A stretch of DNA of 64,000 bases from Myxococcales bacterium (GCA_037445065.1 JBBILD010000017.1:15419-79418), one strand, 5' to 3'. Numbered from the stretch's first letter, positions 9,111 to 18,748 are shown. Translations and numbers: made by a program. The notes: a model not told the origin generated them from the sequence alone.

Positions 9111-10877
9111 GTGTACTCCTGGGCCTTAGAAGAACGCGCTCGTAAGCGCCGAGAGGGCGAACAGTTTCGTTTTGCGCGCAAAGGGGGCGGAAGCCTGCGA
9201 GTTTGCCTCGCCTACCCGAATACCTATGCGGTCGCGATGGGGAACCTCGGCTTTCAGGCAGTTTACGAGATCATGGACCGCGAGCCAGGAGTGGTGTGTG
9301 AGCGGGCCTTTTTGCCCGATGGCGAGGAGTTCGCCGAGCTGCGGGCCGGCGATTTGCGCAGCTTGGAGTCGAGCACACGGGTGGCGGACTTCGATGTGCT
9401 GGCGGTGTCCGTGTCGTTCGAGACGGACTATGCGAATCTATTTGCGTTGCTACGCCTGGCGGGTATCCCGTATTGGTGCAAAGAGCGCGGTCCCCGCCAC
9501 CCGCTGATCGTGATCGGCGGCGCGGCGGTGTTCTTAAACCCGGAGCCGCTGGCGGAAGTCGCGGACCTGTTCCTGGTGGGAGAGGGCGAAGAGATGATCC
9601 CCGAGTTCTTCGCTGTGTTACGCCACGGTTCCCTCGAACGGCGCGAAGAACTGTTGGGGCGGGTTGCCGAACAGGTGCGCGGGGCTTACGTGCCAGCGCA
9701 CTTCACTCCGGTGTACGACGGGCCCCGGCAAGTGGGCCTGGAATACCGAGGCCCTGCGTCGCCGCGCGTGGAGCGACGTCTGGTGTGGGACTTGGATCGG
9801 TATCCCACGACCAGCCGAGTACTGTCGAGCGAGGCGGTCTTTGGTGACATGGTTTTGGTCGAAGCCAGCCGCGGCTGCCAGTGGGGCTGCCGCTTTTGCG
9901 CCGCTGGCTACATGTACCGGCCGTTGCGCAACCGCAGCGTTGCTTCCCTGCGGCAAAGCGTGCTGGAGGGCTTGCAGGATCGCTCCACGATCGGGCTAGT
10001 CGGTGCCGAGATGGCCAGTGTCCCAGGGGTCGCCGAGCTGGCCTCGCTGGCCGCGGAACGCGGCGGGCGACTGTCTCCCTCTTCCCTCAAAGCAGATTGC
10101 GTAACCCCAGATCTCGCCCGTGCTCTTGCCCGAGGGGGGACGCGTAGCGTGACCATTGCCCCAGAGGCTGGCTCCGAGCGCATGCGCCGGGTGATCAACA
10201 AAAACTTGAGCGAAACGGATATCTTGCGCGCAGCAGAGTTGCTGGTGGGCGAGGGGGTCCCCGACCTGAAAACATACTTCATGGTTGGCTTGCCCAGCGA
10301 AAAAGACGAAGACGTGGATGCCGTTGCGGCCCTAGTGGAAAAACTGCACAACCAGCTCAATGGCCCGCACGGTCGCTACCGCCGCGTGGGGCGGCTCACC
10401 GTGTCGGTCAATCCCTTTGTGCCGAAGCCATGGACTCCGTTTCAGTGGGATCCGATGTGCGATGCCGCCCACTTGCGCGCTAAGCACCAGCGACTGCGGC
10501 GCGCGTTGTTGCGCTTGCCCAACGTTCGTCTCGACTGGGAGTCGCCCCGAGAAGCGTATTACCAAACGCTCTTGTCGCGCGGTGACCGGCGTCTCGGCCG
10601 CTTTTTGGCGGCGGTGGACCAAACCCAGGGAAACTGGTGGTCGGTGATTCGTGCCTGGCAACGGGATGCACGGAGCCTCGGCCTTGACGGCCTGCCGCCT
10701 CCCGACCAGTACGTGCACCGCACCTACGACGAGCAGGAGCTGCTGCCGTGGGATTTCATCGACCACAAAATCGCCAAACGGTACTTGCTTGCGGAGCGGC
10801 GCAAGGCCTTCCTCGCGATCCAGACCCCGCCGTGCGACACGAGCACCTGCCGCACCTGCGGGGCCTGCCCCACATGA
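9111..10877 (+). CDS. Radical SAM protein (TIGR03960/YgiQ-like, B12-binding-like N-terminus)
   Basis: YPNTYAVAMGNLG N-terminus, EASRGCQWGCRFC (CxxxCxxC), APEAGSERMRRVINK, FVPKPWTPFQW and C-terminal CxxxxCxxCGAC. Confidence 0.88.
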   Translation: MYSWALEERARKRREGEQFRFARKGGGSLRVCLAYPNTYAVAMGNLGFQAVYEIMDREPGVVCERAFLPDGEEFAELRAGDLRSLESSTRVADFDVLAVSVSFETDYANLFALLRLAGIPYWCKERGPRHPLIVIGGAAVFLNPEPLAEVADLFLVGEGEEMIPEFFAVLRHGSLERREELLGRVAEQVRGAYVPAHFTPVYDGPRQVGLEYRGPASPRVERRLVWDLDRYPTTSRVLSSEAVFGDMVLVEASRGCQWGCRFCAAGYMYRPLRNRSVASLRQSVLEGLQDRSTIGLVGAEMASVPGVAELASLAAERGGRLSPSSLKADCVTPDLARALARGGTRSVTIAPEAGSERMRRVINKNLSETDILRAAELLVGEGVPDLKTYFMVGLPSEKDEDVDAVAALVEKLHNQLNGPHGRYRRVGRLTVSVNPFVPKPWTPFQWDPMCDAAHLRAKHQRLRRALLRLPNVRLDWESPREAYYQTLLSRGDRRLGRFLAAVDQTQGNWWSVIRAWQRDARSLGLDGLPPPDQYVHRTYDEQELLPWDFIDHKIAKRYLLAERRKAFLAIQTPPCDTSTCRTCGACPT

Positions 10878-11245
10878 TCGTCGGCGTGGGCGTGGACATG
10901 ATCGAGGTGGAGCGCATCGCCCAAGCGCTCCGCAATCCCAGAACCGGCCAGCGCTTTTGCCAGCGGGTGTTCACGGGAAGAGAGATCGCCTACTGCCAGC
11001 GGCGTCGCCGCAGTGCAGAGAGCTTTGCCGCCCGTTTTGCGGCAAAGGAAGCCACCATCAAGGCGCTCGGGCGAGCCTTGCCGTGGCGCGATATCGAAGT
11101 CGTGCGCGAGCCTGGCGGGCCACCGCAGCTCGTCTTGTACGGCCGCGCCCGACAACGGGCCGCGGAGCTGGGGGTGGTCCAGCTCCACCTTTCTCTAACC
11201 CACACCGCTGCCTGGGCCCTGGCCTGGGTCATCGCCGAACGTTGA
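10874..11245 (+). CDS. acpS: Holo-[acyl-carrier-protein] synthase
   Basis: MIVGVGVD, FAARFAAKEA and LHLSLTH. ATGA overlap with the upstream gene. Confidence 0.95.
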   Translation: MIVGVGVDMIEVERIAQALRNPRTGQRFCQRVFTGREIAYCQRRRRSAESFAARFAAKEATIKALGRALPWRDIEVVREPGGPPQLVLYGRARQRAAELGVVQLHLSLTHTAAWALAWVIAER

Positions 11246-11500
11246 AGAAAGGCGGCTCACACCCCCGCGCTGCCGGCGCTGGGTATGGGCAAGCAAGTAG
11301 AGGACAACCCACAAGCCCCCGACAAAGCCAATCAAGGTCCACAAGTTCTCGCGGTAGCCGTTGTTGCGAGCAAACAAGCGGCTCAGAACCGCATCCAGTG
11401 TGTGAATGAGGAGAACCGTAGGCAGGAGAGATTCCTCGCTGAGTTGAGGGGCAAGGAGCCACACGCCGCTGCCATAACCCAGCACTGTACTCCAGCTCAT
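11195..11500 (-). CDS. Small hypothetical membrane protein
   Basis: 101 aa with protein-like composition and hydrophobic segments (LWTLIGFVGGLWVVLYLL). Its 3' end overlaps acpS. Confidence 0.6.
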   Translation of the reverse strand: MSWSTVLGYGSGVWLLAPQLSEESLLPTVLLIHTLDAVLSRLFARNNGYRENLWTLIGFVGGLWVVLYLLAHTQRRQRGGVSRLSSTFGDDPGQGPGSGVG

Positions 11501-12003
11501 GGCCGTTCTCCGCGCTGCCGCACGCCTCAGTTGCTACGCCCGCCGGGCCGGCGAGGCAACTAGCGACACAGGTAGAGCGGCCGCCGGCAACGATCGCTTT
11601 GGGTGGGTCGCGAAACGTTTTGGAGACCTCTCTACACCCCGCTCCCAAGAGGGGGTAGCGCGACTCCAGAGCCGCTGTCTTTACCGTTTTACCGCACTTT
11701 TGCCTGGAGCTCCGAAGGGCACGCTTCATCGGGGAAGAGCCATACCTGCGCGGGAACGAGGGAGCGGGTGCCTAGGGAGCAGCCGTTGGAGCACTGGAGT
11801 TTCCATGCCAGGCTCCACGACACCTGCTCGCGCTGCAAGCAAGGGGGGCGCACGGGTAGCCTGCGCTAGTGCCTCAAAAAGCTCTGACGCCGTCGCCAGC
11901 GAGAGCGGTGAGAAGGTCGCGCGCCCGCCTGCTTCCTGCGCCGCGTTTCAGAGAAGCGGTCCCGGTTGACCCAAACATGGCCGGCGGGGTAAAGGGGGCG
12001 CCT

Positions 12004-12342
12004 ATGTCCACCAAGACACACAAGGAACCAGCCAGCGTACTGGAGTGGCTCAAGGCGCAAAGCGAGTCCACAATCAACCAGGTTCTGGAGGAATTGCTCC
12101 GCCGCCCGGCGGTGGCCGATCAAGTGGGGAAGCTCGTGCAGCGGGCGGTGAAAACGAAAGGGCAAATGGACAAGAACGTGGAGGCGGTCTTGCACATGCT
12201 CAATCTGCCGAGCCGCTCGGATCTCGACAAGCTGCGCACGAAGCTCGATGCCCTGCACGGAACGCTGGTGAATTTGAACATGAAGCTCGACCGCATCCTG
12301 GCTGCGCAAGAACAGCGCAAGAAGCGCCCAGCATCGCACTGA
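12004..12342 (+). CDS. Phasin/PhaE-like coiled-coil protein (putative PHA or lipid granule-associated)
   Basis: Helical protein with LNLPSRSDLDKLRTKLDAL, resembling PhaE C-termini and PhaF/PhaI phasins; basic tail; RBS AAGGGG. Confidence 0.6.
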   Translation: MSTKTHKEPASVLEWLKAQSESTINQVLEELLRRPAVADQVGKLVQRAVKTKGQMDKNVEAVLHMLNLPSRSDLDKLRTKLDALHGTLVNLNMKLDRILAAQEQRKKRPASH

Positions 12343-12899
12343 GCCCTCGAAAAAACAAAAGCCTGCGCTTTCTGTCAGCTTGGTGCGCCTTCCCGCACGT
12401 TGGGTTTGCCAAGCGCCAAATCGCCCCCGCGCAGTTTCACGGCAGCGCTCTCCCTCCCCTTCTGCAGTCGCACGGTCGGCGCTCGCACCGGCGGCCCCCC
12501 TCGGCGTTGCCATCGCCGGCCGCTTGGTTGCACTCCATTCTCCAATTGGAGTTCGGCTTTCTGCGGTGCGCGTGAATCCTCACGCCCGATCGCCAGCGAG
12601 TCGCAGCAGGGTTCGGATATCCGGCTGTCGGGGCGTGCCTGCGAGGTTGCGCTTGCGAAGTGGGGCTCGCGGTCGCCAGGCCCGGAAAAGAGGCAGGGTG
12701 GCGTCGCACACGCGGTGGATGAGAGAGCGCTGGAAGCGGTCGTTGCTCCTCATTGCGGTCTGGGGAAGCGAAGTGGAGCCGTTTGTCGGCCATGGCGCTC
12801 GACGTGCACCCAACCCGTGCGTGCACGCAGCTCTCCACGTTGCTTGTCTGTGGCGTACGCCGGCGGCCGACCTCAGGAGACAACCCACGAACGCGAAGC

Positions 12900-14021
12900 C
12901 TAGGTGCAGCCTGGTTTTGTCCCCGCGAGCTGGGAGGCGATGTGACGAAGATCGCGCACTGAACCTGGTGGGCGGGCCAGCGCAGGGGTGTAGGCGAGCA
13001 AGGGTAGGTGGGTATCGTTGCAAAGCGCGCGCAGGGAGCGCGCTTGCTGGCGGCCTAATGCTCGCAGACGCTCGTAGTTGGCCCACAGCTTGTCGAACAA
13101 GGGGTCAGCCTTGTTTTCGGTGTCCTCGCTTTCGTCGAATCCCAGCACCTGGTTGGCAATCACACCGCTCGGCTCGCAACCGAGTTCGCGCAGTTCTTGG
13201 CAGAACAGGTACGTGCTGCGCATGGTTTGCGGGTGGGGAGTGGTGACCAGCACAAAGGCGGTATCGCGGGAACGCACCAATTCCTGGGTTTCGCGGGCGC
13301 GGCGGGCAAAGCCGTCGAGCATGTGCTCGAAGCCGGAAACGAAGTCGGCCAAGTCCCGCAGCAGGGGAAGTCCAGTGAGCCGCTCGAGTGCCTTGATGAG
13401 CACTTGCAAGGATACCTTGGCGGCTGCAGAGCGGGCCTCGTCGAGGAGCACGGTGGGCGCCTTGAGGATTTTTACCGCCCTCGAGGCCAGCAGGGTAAGA
13501 AGCCGATTCGGTGCCGCCAGCAGATCCGCCACATGGGCACTCGGCGGCGTGTCGAGCACGATGGTGTCGTAGCGGCCCGTGGACACGAGTTCGTGGAGCT
13601 TCTCCATCGCCATGTATTCACTCGAGCCCGCCAGTTCGTTGGAGAGCTCTTGGTAAATCCGATTGTGGAAGATTCGCGCAGCCGCTTCCGGGGTCGCCGC
13701 GAAGCGTTCGACCAGGGTATCGAACATGCGCTTGGTGTCCAGCATGAGCGCGTCCATGCTGAGTCCAGCACCGAGAGCCACTGAGTGGACGCGATGATCC
13801 ATCGCTTGCAAACCCAACGCGGTTTTGAGGCGGCGCGCTGGATCCACGGTGAGCACCGCCGCCCGCTTGCCTCGCTCAGCCGCCGCGACCGCCAGCGCCG
13901 CCGCAATCGTGGTCTTGCCGACCCCGCCGCAACCGAGGCACAAGACGATTTTGTGCTCGAGGATGGCGCCGATTCCGACCGGTGAGAGTGTGCTTTGGAC
14001 GAAACTATCGCGGGATGGCAT
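12900..14021 (-). CDS. ArsA/Get3-family ATPase (second of pair)
   Basis: GCGGVGKTT P-loop, TVDPARRL, EYMAMEKL and DTPPS motifs. Confidence 0.9.
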   Translation of the reverse strand: MPSRDSFVQSTLSPVGIGAILEHKIVLCLGCGGVGKTTIAAALAVAAAERGKRAAVLTVDPARRLKTALGLQAMDHRVHSVALGAGLSMDALMLDTKRMFDTLVERFAATPEAAARIFHNRIYQELSNELAGSSEYMAMEKLHELVSTGRYDTIVLDTPPSAHVADLLAAPNRLLTLLASRAVKILKAPTVLLDEARSAAAKVSLQVLIKALERLTGLPLLRDLADFVSGFEHMLDGFARRARETQELVRSRDTAFVLVTTPHPQTMRSTYLFCQELRELGCEPSGVIANQVLGFDESEDTENKADPLFDKLWANYERLRALGRQQARSLRALCNDTHLPLLAYTPALARPPGSVRDLRHIASQLAGTKPGCT

Positions 14022-14973
14022 GGGAACCGGATTCGATCGTGGCTGGCGTTCCCAAGTCGAGCAACGGCTCGAGTGCCAGCGCGAGCGGTCGCAACGCTGT
14101 CTCCTTTGTGGGAGGACGTTCCAGCTCCGGGAGCAGAACAGGTTTCCGCCCGATTTGCCGCCGCAAGCGGCGGATCAGTACCTCAGCGAGCCCACGGCGT
14201 TCGATCACGTACCGCGCCGCCGCGTACACTGGCCCTCTATCCCCTCGCCGGAGGATGCGCTCGCGCTCTTCCGCCTGAAAGGGGCACGACGGGGTTCGGT
14301 TCACCACCGGTGGCGCCACGGGCAGGAACAGTTCGCCCTCGAGCACTCGGTACGCTTCTGCGGTCTCCTCGATCCCTAGCTCCTCTGGCAAGGTCACCAC
14401 AACGATCCGCGTCCGCTGCGGGTCGGAGAGCAGCGCCTGAATGCCGAGCAAGCTGCGATGGAGCGGGCCCCCGGGCACCAAGTTCAACAGTTGTCGCGGC
14501 GCCCGCAGCAGATGCAGCATGTGGCCGGTGGCCGGGCCGTCCACGATCACTCGGTGGTATCGCTCTCGGCGCCGCCAGAAGCCCGGATCTACCCACATGG
14601 CGATCCGCTCGAGCAGCAAGAACTCGCTGACCCCCGGGGCCGCGGCGCCGAGAGCACGAAAGGCCGAGCTGGCGAGCAGCCGCTGTGCAAGCCAAGGCAA
14701 CGGGAGGATGCGCGACACGTATCCCTCCAGGAGCAGGCTTGGGTCTACTCGTACGCCAAACAAATGATCGCGCACCATGTGCGGCTGAGACGCAAAGCGT
14801 TCCTGCCCGAACAGGCGCGCGAGGCTTCCATCGGCGACGCTTTCCACCAGCAGCGTTCGCTCCTTGTAACGGGCAAAGATTGAGCCGAGGGCGGCTGCCA
14901 CGGTCGTTTTGCCAGCCCCGCCCTTGCCCGTGATCAGGAAGAGTTTTGCATCCCTCATGCCCGCGGTTTCCAT
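14005..14973 (-). CDS. ArsA/Get3-family ATPase (first of pair)
   Basis: GKGGAGKTT, AAPGVSE, DGPATGH and VTLPEE motifs. Overlaps its partner by 17 bp. Confidence 0.9.
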   Translation of the reverse strand: METAGMRDAKLFLITGKGGAGKTTVAAALGSIFARYKERTLLVESVADGSLARLFGQERFASQPHMVRDHLFGVRVDPSLLLEGYVSRILPLPWLAQRLLASSAFRALGAAAPGVSEFLLLERIAMWVDPGFWRRRERYHRVIVDGPATGHMLHLLRAPRQLLNLVPGGPLHRSLLGIQALLSDPQRTRIVVVTLPEELGIEETAEAYRVLEGELFLPVAPPVVNRTPSCPFQAEERERILRRGDRGPVYAAARYVIERRGLAEVLIRRLRRQIGRKPVLLPELERPPTKETALRPLALALEPLLDLGTPATIESGSHAIPR

Positions 14974-15075
14974 GCATAGCGAGCCCTTCCCGGTGCGACA
15001 ACGCAGCTGGTGTGCATCTCATTTGCAAAGTGTGCGCAAACACGGCAAAGCTCGCGCCCGAGGAGGTGGTGTCTC

Positions 15076-16557
15076 ATGGCGAGGTTCGTTGTGGCAATCG
15101 ATCAGGGGACGACCGGTACGACGGTACTTGTGTTCGATCTGCAAGGGCGAGTGCGCGGGCGCGGGTACTCGGAATTCCGCCAGTATTACCCGCGCCCAGG
15201 GTGGGTAGAGCACGACGCGGAGGAAATTTGGCAGGTAACGCAACGCGTGCTGCGCGCCGCTTTGCGCGCCGCCAAGGCGCGCCCGCACGAGGTGGCCGCC
15301 GTGGGCATCACGAACCAGAGGGAGACCGTGGTGCTGTGGGATCGGGTGAGCGGCCGGCCCGTGCACCGCGCCATCGTTTGGCAAGACCGGCGCACGGCCG
15401 AGCGCTGCGCCCAATTACGCAGCCAAGGGCTCGAGGAAATGGTGCGCAACCGCACCGGGTTGGTGTTGGACCCGTACTTTTCCGCCACCAAAATCGAATG
15501 GCTGCTCGAACATCTCCCCCGCGCCCGTTCTCGGGCACAGCGCTTGGCGTTTGGCACGATTGATAGCTGGCTCATTTGGAAACTGAGCGGAGGCCAAGCG
15601 CATGTCACCGACTTTACCAATGCCTCGCGTACTTTGTTGTTCGACATTCACCGGCGGCAGTGGGACCCAGAACTGCTGCAGCTCTTTCATGTCCCATCCG
15701 AGATTCTGCCGCAGCCCGTACCGTCGACCGGCGTCGCGGCTGTCACTTCCCGCCAGACCTTCGGTGCCGAAGTGCCCATCGCGGGGATCGCCGGCGATCA
15801 GCAGGCGGCGTTGTTCGGCCAAGCTTGCGTGCGCCCGGGGATGGTGAAAAACACGTACGGCACCGGTTGCTTCCTGCTCATGCATACCGGCACCACTGCG
15901 GTGCCTTCCCAGCGAGGCCTGCTGACCACCGTCGCGTGCGATGCTGCAGGCATGCCGGCCTACGCGTTGGAGGGATCGGTCTTCATTGCGGGCGCCGCCA
16001 TCCAATGGTTGCGCGATGCGCTTGGGGTGATTCGCAACGCGGCGGAAAGCGAGCGGCTCGCTCGCTCGGTCCGCTCGTCCCTAGGCGTGTACTTCGTGCC
16101 GGCCTTCGTGGGATTGGGTGCCCCGTACTGGGACCCAAACGCGCGTGGCGCGATTGTGGGCCTGACACGCGGCAGCGAACGAGCCCACATTGTCCGCGCT
16201 GCACTCGAGTCGCTTGCCTACCAAACGCGCGACGTGGTGGACACCATGGTTGCCGAGTCCGGGCAAGCGCTCGCCTCTTTGCGGGTGGACGGTGGGGCCG
16301 CGGCCAACGATTTCTTGATGCAGTTCCAGGCCGACATGCTCGGGGTGACGGTCGACCGCCCGGCGCTGGTGGAAACAACTGCCCAAGGAGCCGCCTTCCT
16401 AGCCGGTTGCGGAGTCGGTTTGTGGAAGCCGGCACAGCTCGAACGGCTGCGCCGGCGCGAGCGCGTGTTCCGGCCGCGCATGGCGCCAGAACAACGGGAG
16501 ATCCTCTACCAGGGTTGGCGGCGTGCCGTGGCAGCGGTGCGCTCGCTGGCCGATTGA
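15076..16557 (+). CDS. glpK: Glycerol kinase
   Basis: [38 protein letters not shown] and DGGA motifs; RBS AGGAGG. Confidence 0.97.
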   Translation: MARFVVAIDQGTTGTTVLVFDLQGRVRGRGYSEFRQYYPRPGWVEHDAEEIWQVTQRVLRAALRAAKARPHEVAAVGITNQRETVVLWDRVSGRPVHRAIVWQDRRTAERCAQLRSQGLEEMVRNRTGLVLDPYFSATKIEWLLEHLPRARSRAQRLAFGTIDSWLIWKLSGGQAHVTDFTNASRTLLFDIHRRQWDPELLQLFHVPSEILPQPVPSTGVAAVTSRQTFGAEVPIAGIAGDQQAALFGQACVRPGMVKNTYGTGCFLLMHTGTTAVPSQRGLLTTVACDAAGMPAYALEGSVFIAGAAIQWLRDALGVIRNAAESERLARSVRSSLGVYFVPAFVGLGAPYWDPNARGAIVGLTRGSERAHIVRAALESLAYQTRDVVDTMVAESGQALASLRVDGGAAANDFLMQFQADMLGVTVDRPALVETTAQGAAFLAGCGVGLWKPAQLERLRRRERVFRPRMAPEQREILYQGWRRAVAAVRSLAD

Positions 16558-16628
16558 ACCTTTCGCGCCCGGCGCCCCTACTCGACACAACGCCCGCACC
16601 TAGGTTTAAGCCGAGGCCGGAGAGAGGT

Positions 16629-18233
16629 ATGCGCGACGACACCGTCGACGTCTTGATCATCGGCGCCGGAGCATCGGGGGCGGCCATTGCTTGGAGTTTG
16701 GCCGAAACGCGCATGAACATCCTCTGCTTGGAGCAGGGAGACTGGGTGCCGCACGACTCCTACCCGGGCTTGGGGTTGGATTGGGAGGCGCGCCAGTTGA
16801 CCGACTTTCACTTTAGCCCCAACGTGCGCCGGCGGCCGGAGGACTACCCGGTCAATGACGGAGACTCGCCGATCCAAGTGTCCATGTTCAACGCTGTGGG
16901 TGGCAGCACGATCCTCTACGCAGCCCATTTTCCGCGCTTCCGGCCGGAGGATTTCGAAGTGCGCACGCGCGATGGCGTGGCAGACGACTGGCCACTGGAT
17001 TACCGCACACTCGAGCCCTGGTACGATGTAAACGCGGAGATGATGGGCGTCTCCGGCGCGCCTGGGGACCCGGCGTATCCGCCCAAAAAGCTGCCGTTGC
17101 CGCCTGTGCCACTGGGGAAGCTCGGGAGAACACTGGCCCGCGGGTTCGAACGCCTGGGCTGGCACTGGTGGCCCTCGGACAGCGCAATCATTACGCGCGA
17201 CTACAACGGCCGTGCCGCGTGCGTGAATGCGGGCACGTGCTTGCTCGGCTGCCCGCAAGGGGCAAAGGGAAGCGTAGATGTCACATACTGGCCCGAGGCG
17301 TTGCGCCGAGGGGTGCGCTTGCGCACGCGCTGCCGCGTGCGGGAGATTACCCTCGGAGCGGACGGCCTGGCAAACGGAGTGATTTACTACGATGCCGAGG
17401 GCAAGGAGCAGCGGCAGCGAGCCCATATGATCGTGCTTGCTTGCAACGGCATCGGCACACCGCGCCTTTTGCTCAATTCGAAAAGCTCTCGTTTTCCCGA
17501 AGGGCTCGCCAATCGCAGCGGCTTGGTGGGCAAAAACCTCATGTTTCACCCGTACGCCATGGTCATGGGCGTGTTCGACGAGCCACTCGAAGCATACAAG
17601 GGGCCCACCGGATGTTGCATCATGAGCCAGCAGTTCTACGGCACGGATCCTTCTCGCGGCTTTGTGCGCGGCTACTCGTTCGAGATTCTGCGCGGTTTTG
17701 GGCCTGCGTCCACCGCACTCTGGGGCGTGCAGCACGGCCTCGTGCCCTGGGGGCCGCATCACCACCGTGCCTTTGCGGAACTCTTCGATCACGTCGCCGG
17801 GATGGTGGTCATTTGCGAAGACCTACCCGAGGAACAGAATTGCGTGAGCTTGGACGAACGTCTCACCGATGCACACGGGATTCCGGCCCCCAAGATTTCT
17901 TACCGGCTCAGCGAGAACAGTCGGGCCATGCTCGCACACGCGGTGGAGCGAGCGCGCGAGGTGCTGGAGGCCGCCGGGGCAAAGAAAACCGTGGTTCAGT
18001 CGCCACTGCCATTTGCCGGTTGGCACCTCATGGGCACTTGCCGCATGGGGCGGGACCCGCGTACTTCAGTGGTCAATGAGTGGGGCCGCTGTCACGACGT
18101 ACGGAATCTCTTCATTGTGGACGGCAGCATTTTTGTGACAGCCGCTGCAGTGAACCCCACCAACACAATCCAAGCCCTGGCCCTGTACATCGGTGACCAA
18201 ATCAAGCAGCGCCTGGCAAATTTGTTCGACTGA
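16629..18233 (+). CDS. GMC-family flavoprotein oxidoreductase
   Basis: IIGAGASG FAD-binding motif, VGGST, GKNLMFHP, HLMGTCRMG and NPTNTIQAL. Confidence 0.92.
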   Translation: MRDDTVDVLIIGAGASGAAIAWSLAETRMNILCLEQGDWVPHDSYPGLGLDWEARQLTDFHFSPNVRRRPEDYPVNDGDSPIQVSMFNAVGGSTILYAAHFPRFRPEDFEVRTRDGVADDWPLDYRTLEPWYDVNAEMMGVSGAPGDPAYPPKKLPLPPVPLGKLGRTLARGFERLGWHWWPSDSAIITRDYNGRAACVNAGTCLLGCPQGAKGSVDVTYWPEALRRGVRLRTRCRVREITLGADGLANGVIYYDAEGKEQRQRAHMIVLACNGIGTPRLLLNSKSSRFPEGLANRSGLVGKNLMFHPYAMVMGVFDEPLEAYKGPTGCCIMSQQFYGTDPSRGFVRGYSFEILRGFGPASTALWGVQHGLVPWGPHHHRAFAELFDHVAGMVVICEDLPEEQNCVSLDERLTDAHGIPAPKISYRLSENSRAMLAHAVERAREVLEAAGAKKTVVQSPLPFAGWHLMGTCRMGRDPRTSVVNEWGRCHDVRNLFIVDGSIFVTAAAVNPTNTIQALALYIGDQIKQRLANLFD

Positions 18234-18249
18234 GAGGACTCGCGACGGG

Positions 18250-18657
18250 ATGGTACGCGTGGAAAACCGAGACGAGGAGCAACGCCTCCTGGAAGAACTG
18301 CGCGTGGTGCTGGAGGCATTGATCCCAGGCAGCGACGATGGACGCATGCCGAGTGCCGCGGCGCTAGGACTGGAAGCGGCGGTGTGGGAGCGGCTGAGCC
18401 TCGAGAGCGCGCTCGCAGAAATGGTTCGAGATGGGCTGCGTGCACTGGATGCTGCCAGCCGCGCCCGCTACGGCTGTTCCTTCGCTGAGGCCAGTAGCGA
18501 GGCTCGTTCGGCCCTGCTTGCGGAACAGGGCTTCGTCCTGCCGCTGTTCTTGCACGCGCTGGCCGCTTACTACTCCCAGCCCGCCGTGTTGTCGGCCCTC
18601 GGCTTACCGCCGCGCCCGCCTCACCCGCAGGGGTACCGCATCGAGGATCAGGACTGA
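18250..18657 (+). CDS. Gluconate 2-dehydrogenase subunit-3-like partner protein
   Basis: Pattern ALIP...MPSA, YGCSFAE, AYYSQPAV...GLPPRPPHPQGY; directly follows the GMC gene. Confidence 0.7.
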   Translation: MVRVENRDEEQRLLEELRVVLEALIPGSDDGRMPSAAALGLEAAVWERLSLESALAEMVRDGLRALDAASRARYGCSFAEASSEARSALLAEQGFVLPLFLHALAAYYSQPAVLSALGLPPRPPHPQGYRIEDQD

Positions 18658-18689
18658 CCGCTCGGCTTTCATCCCATTTGGCCTCTTGG

Positions 18690-18718
18690 TTGCTCGCCTT
18701 GGGTTGGGTTGCTAGGGT
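18690..18718 (+). promoter_or_regulatory. Putative sigma70 promoter of rpmE
   Basis: TTGCTC (18690-18695), 17-nt spacer, TAGGGT (18713-18718) with an extended -10 TG. Confidence 0.5.
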
Positions 18719-18748
18719 CATATGCCCCTGCATGGAGGGCCACAACAC

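Noticed and set aside
12900..14973. Arsenic resistance (arsA) call
   Set aside because: No arsR, arsB, acr3, arsC or arsD nearby, and these are two separate single-domain genes. This fits the non-arsenic Get3-like pair better.
15576..16628. Long N-terminal extension of the 885-aa GMC ORF (similar extensions on the murB, pyrD, ccr, HupE and 45644-47248 ORFs)
   Set aside because: These extensions overlap real genes in other frames or strands and have Arg/Pro/Ala-rich shadow composition typical of high-GC DNA. The true starts lie downstream.
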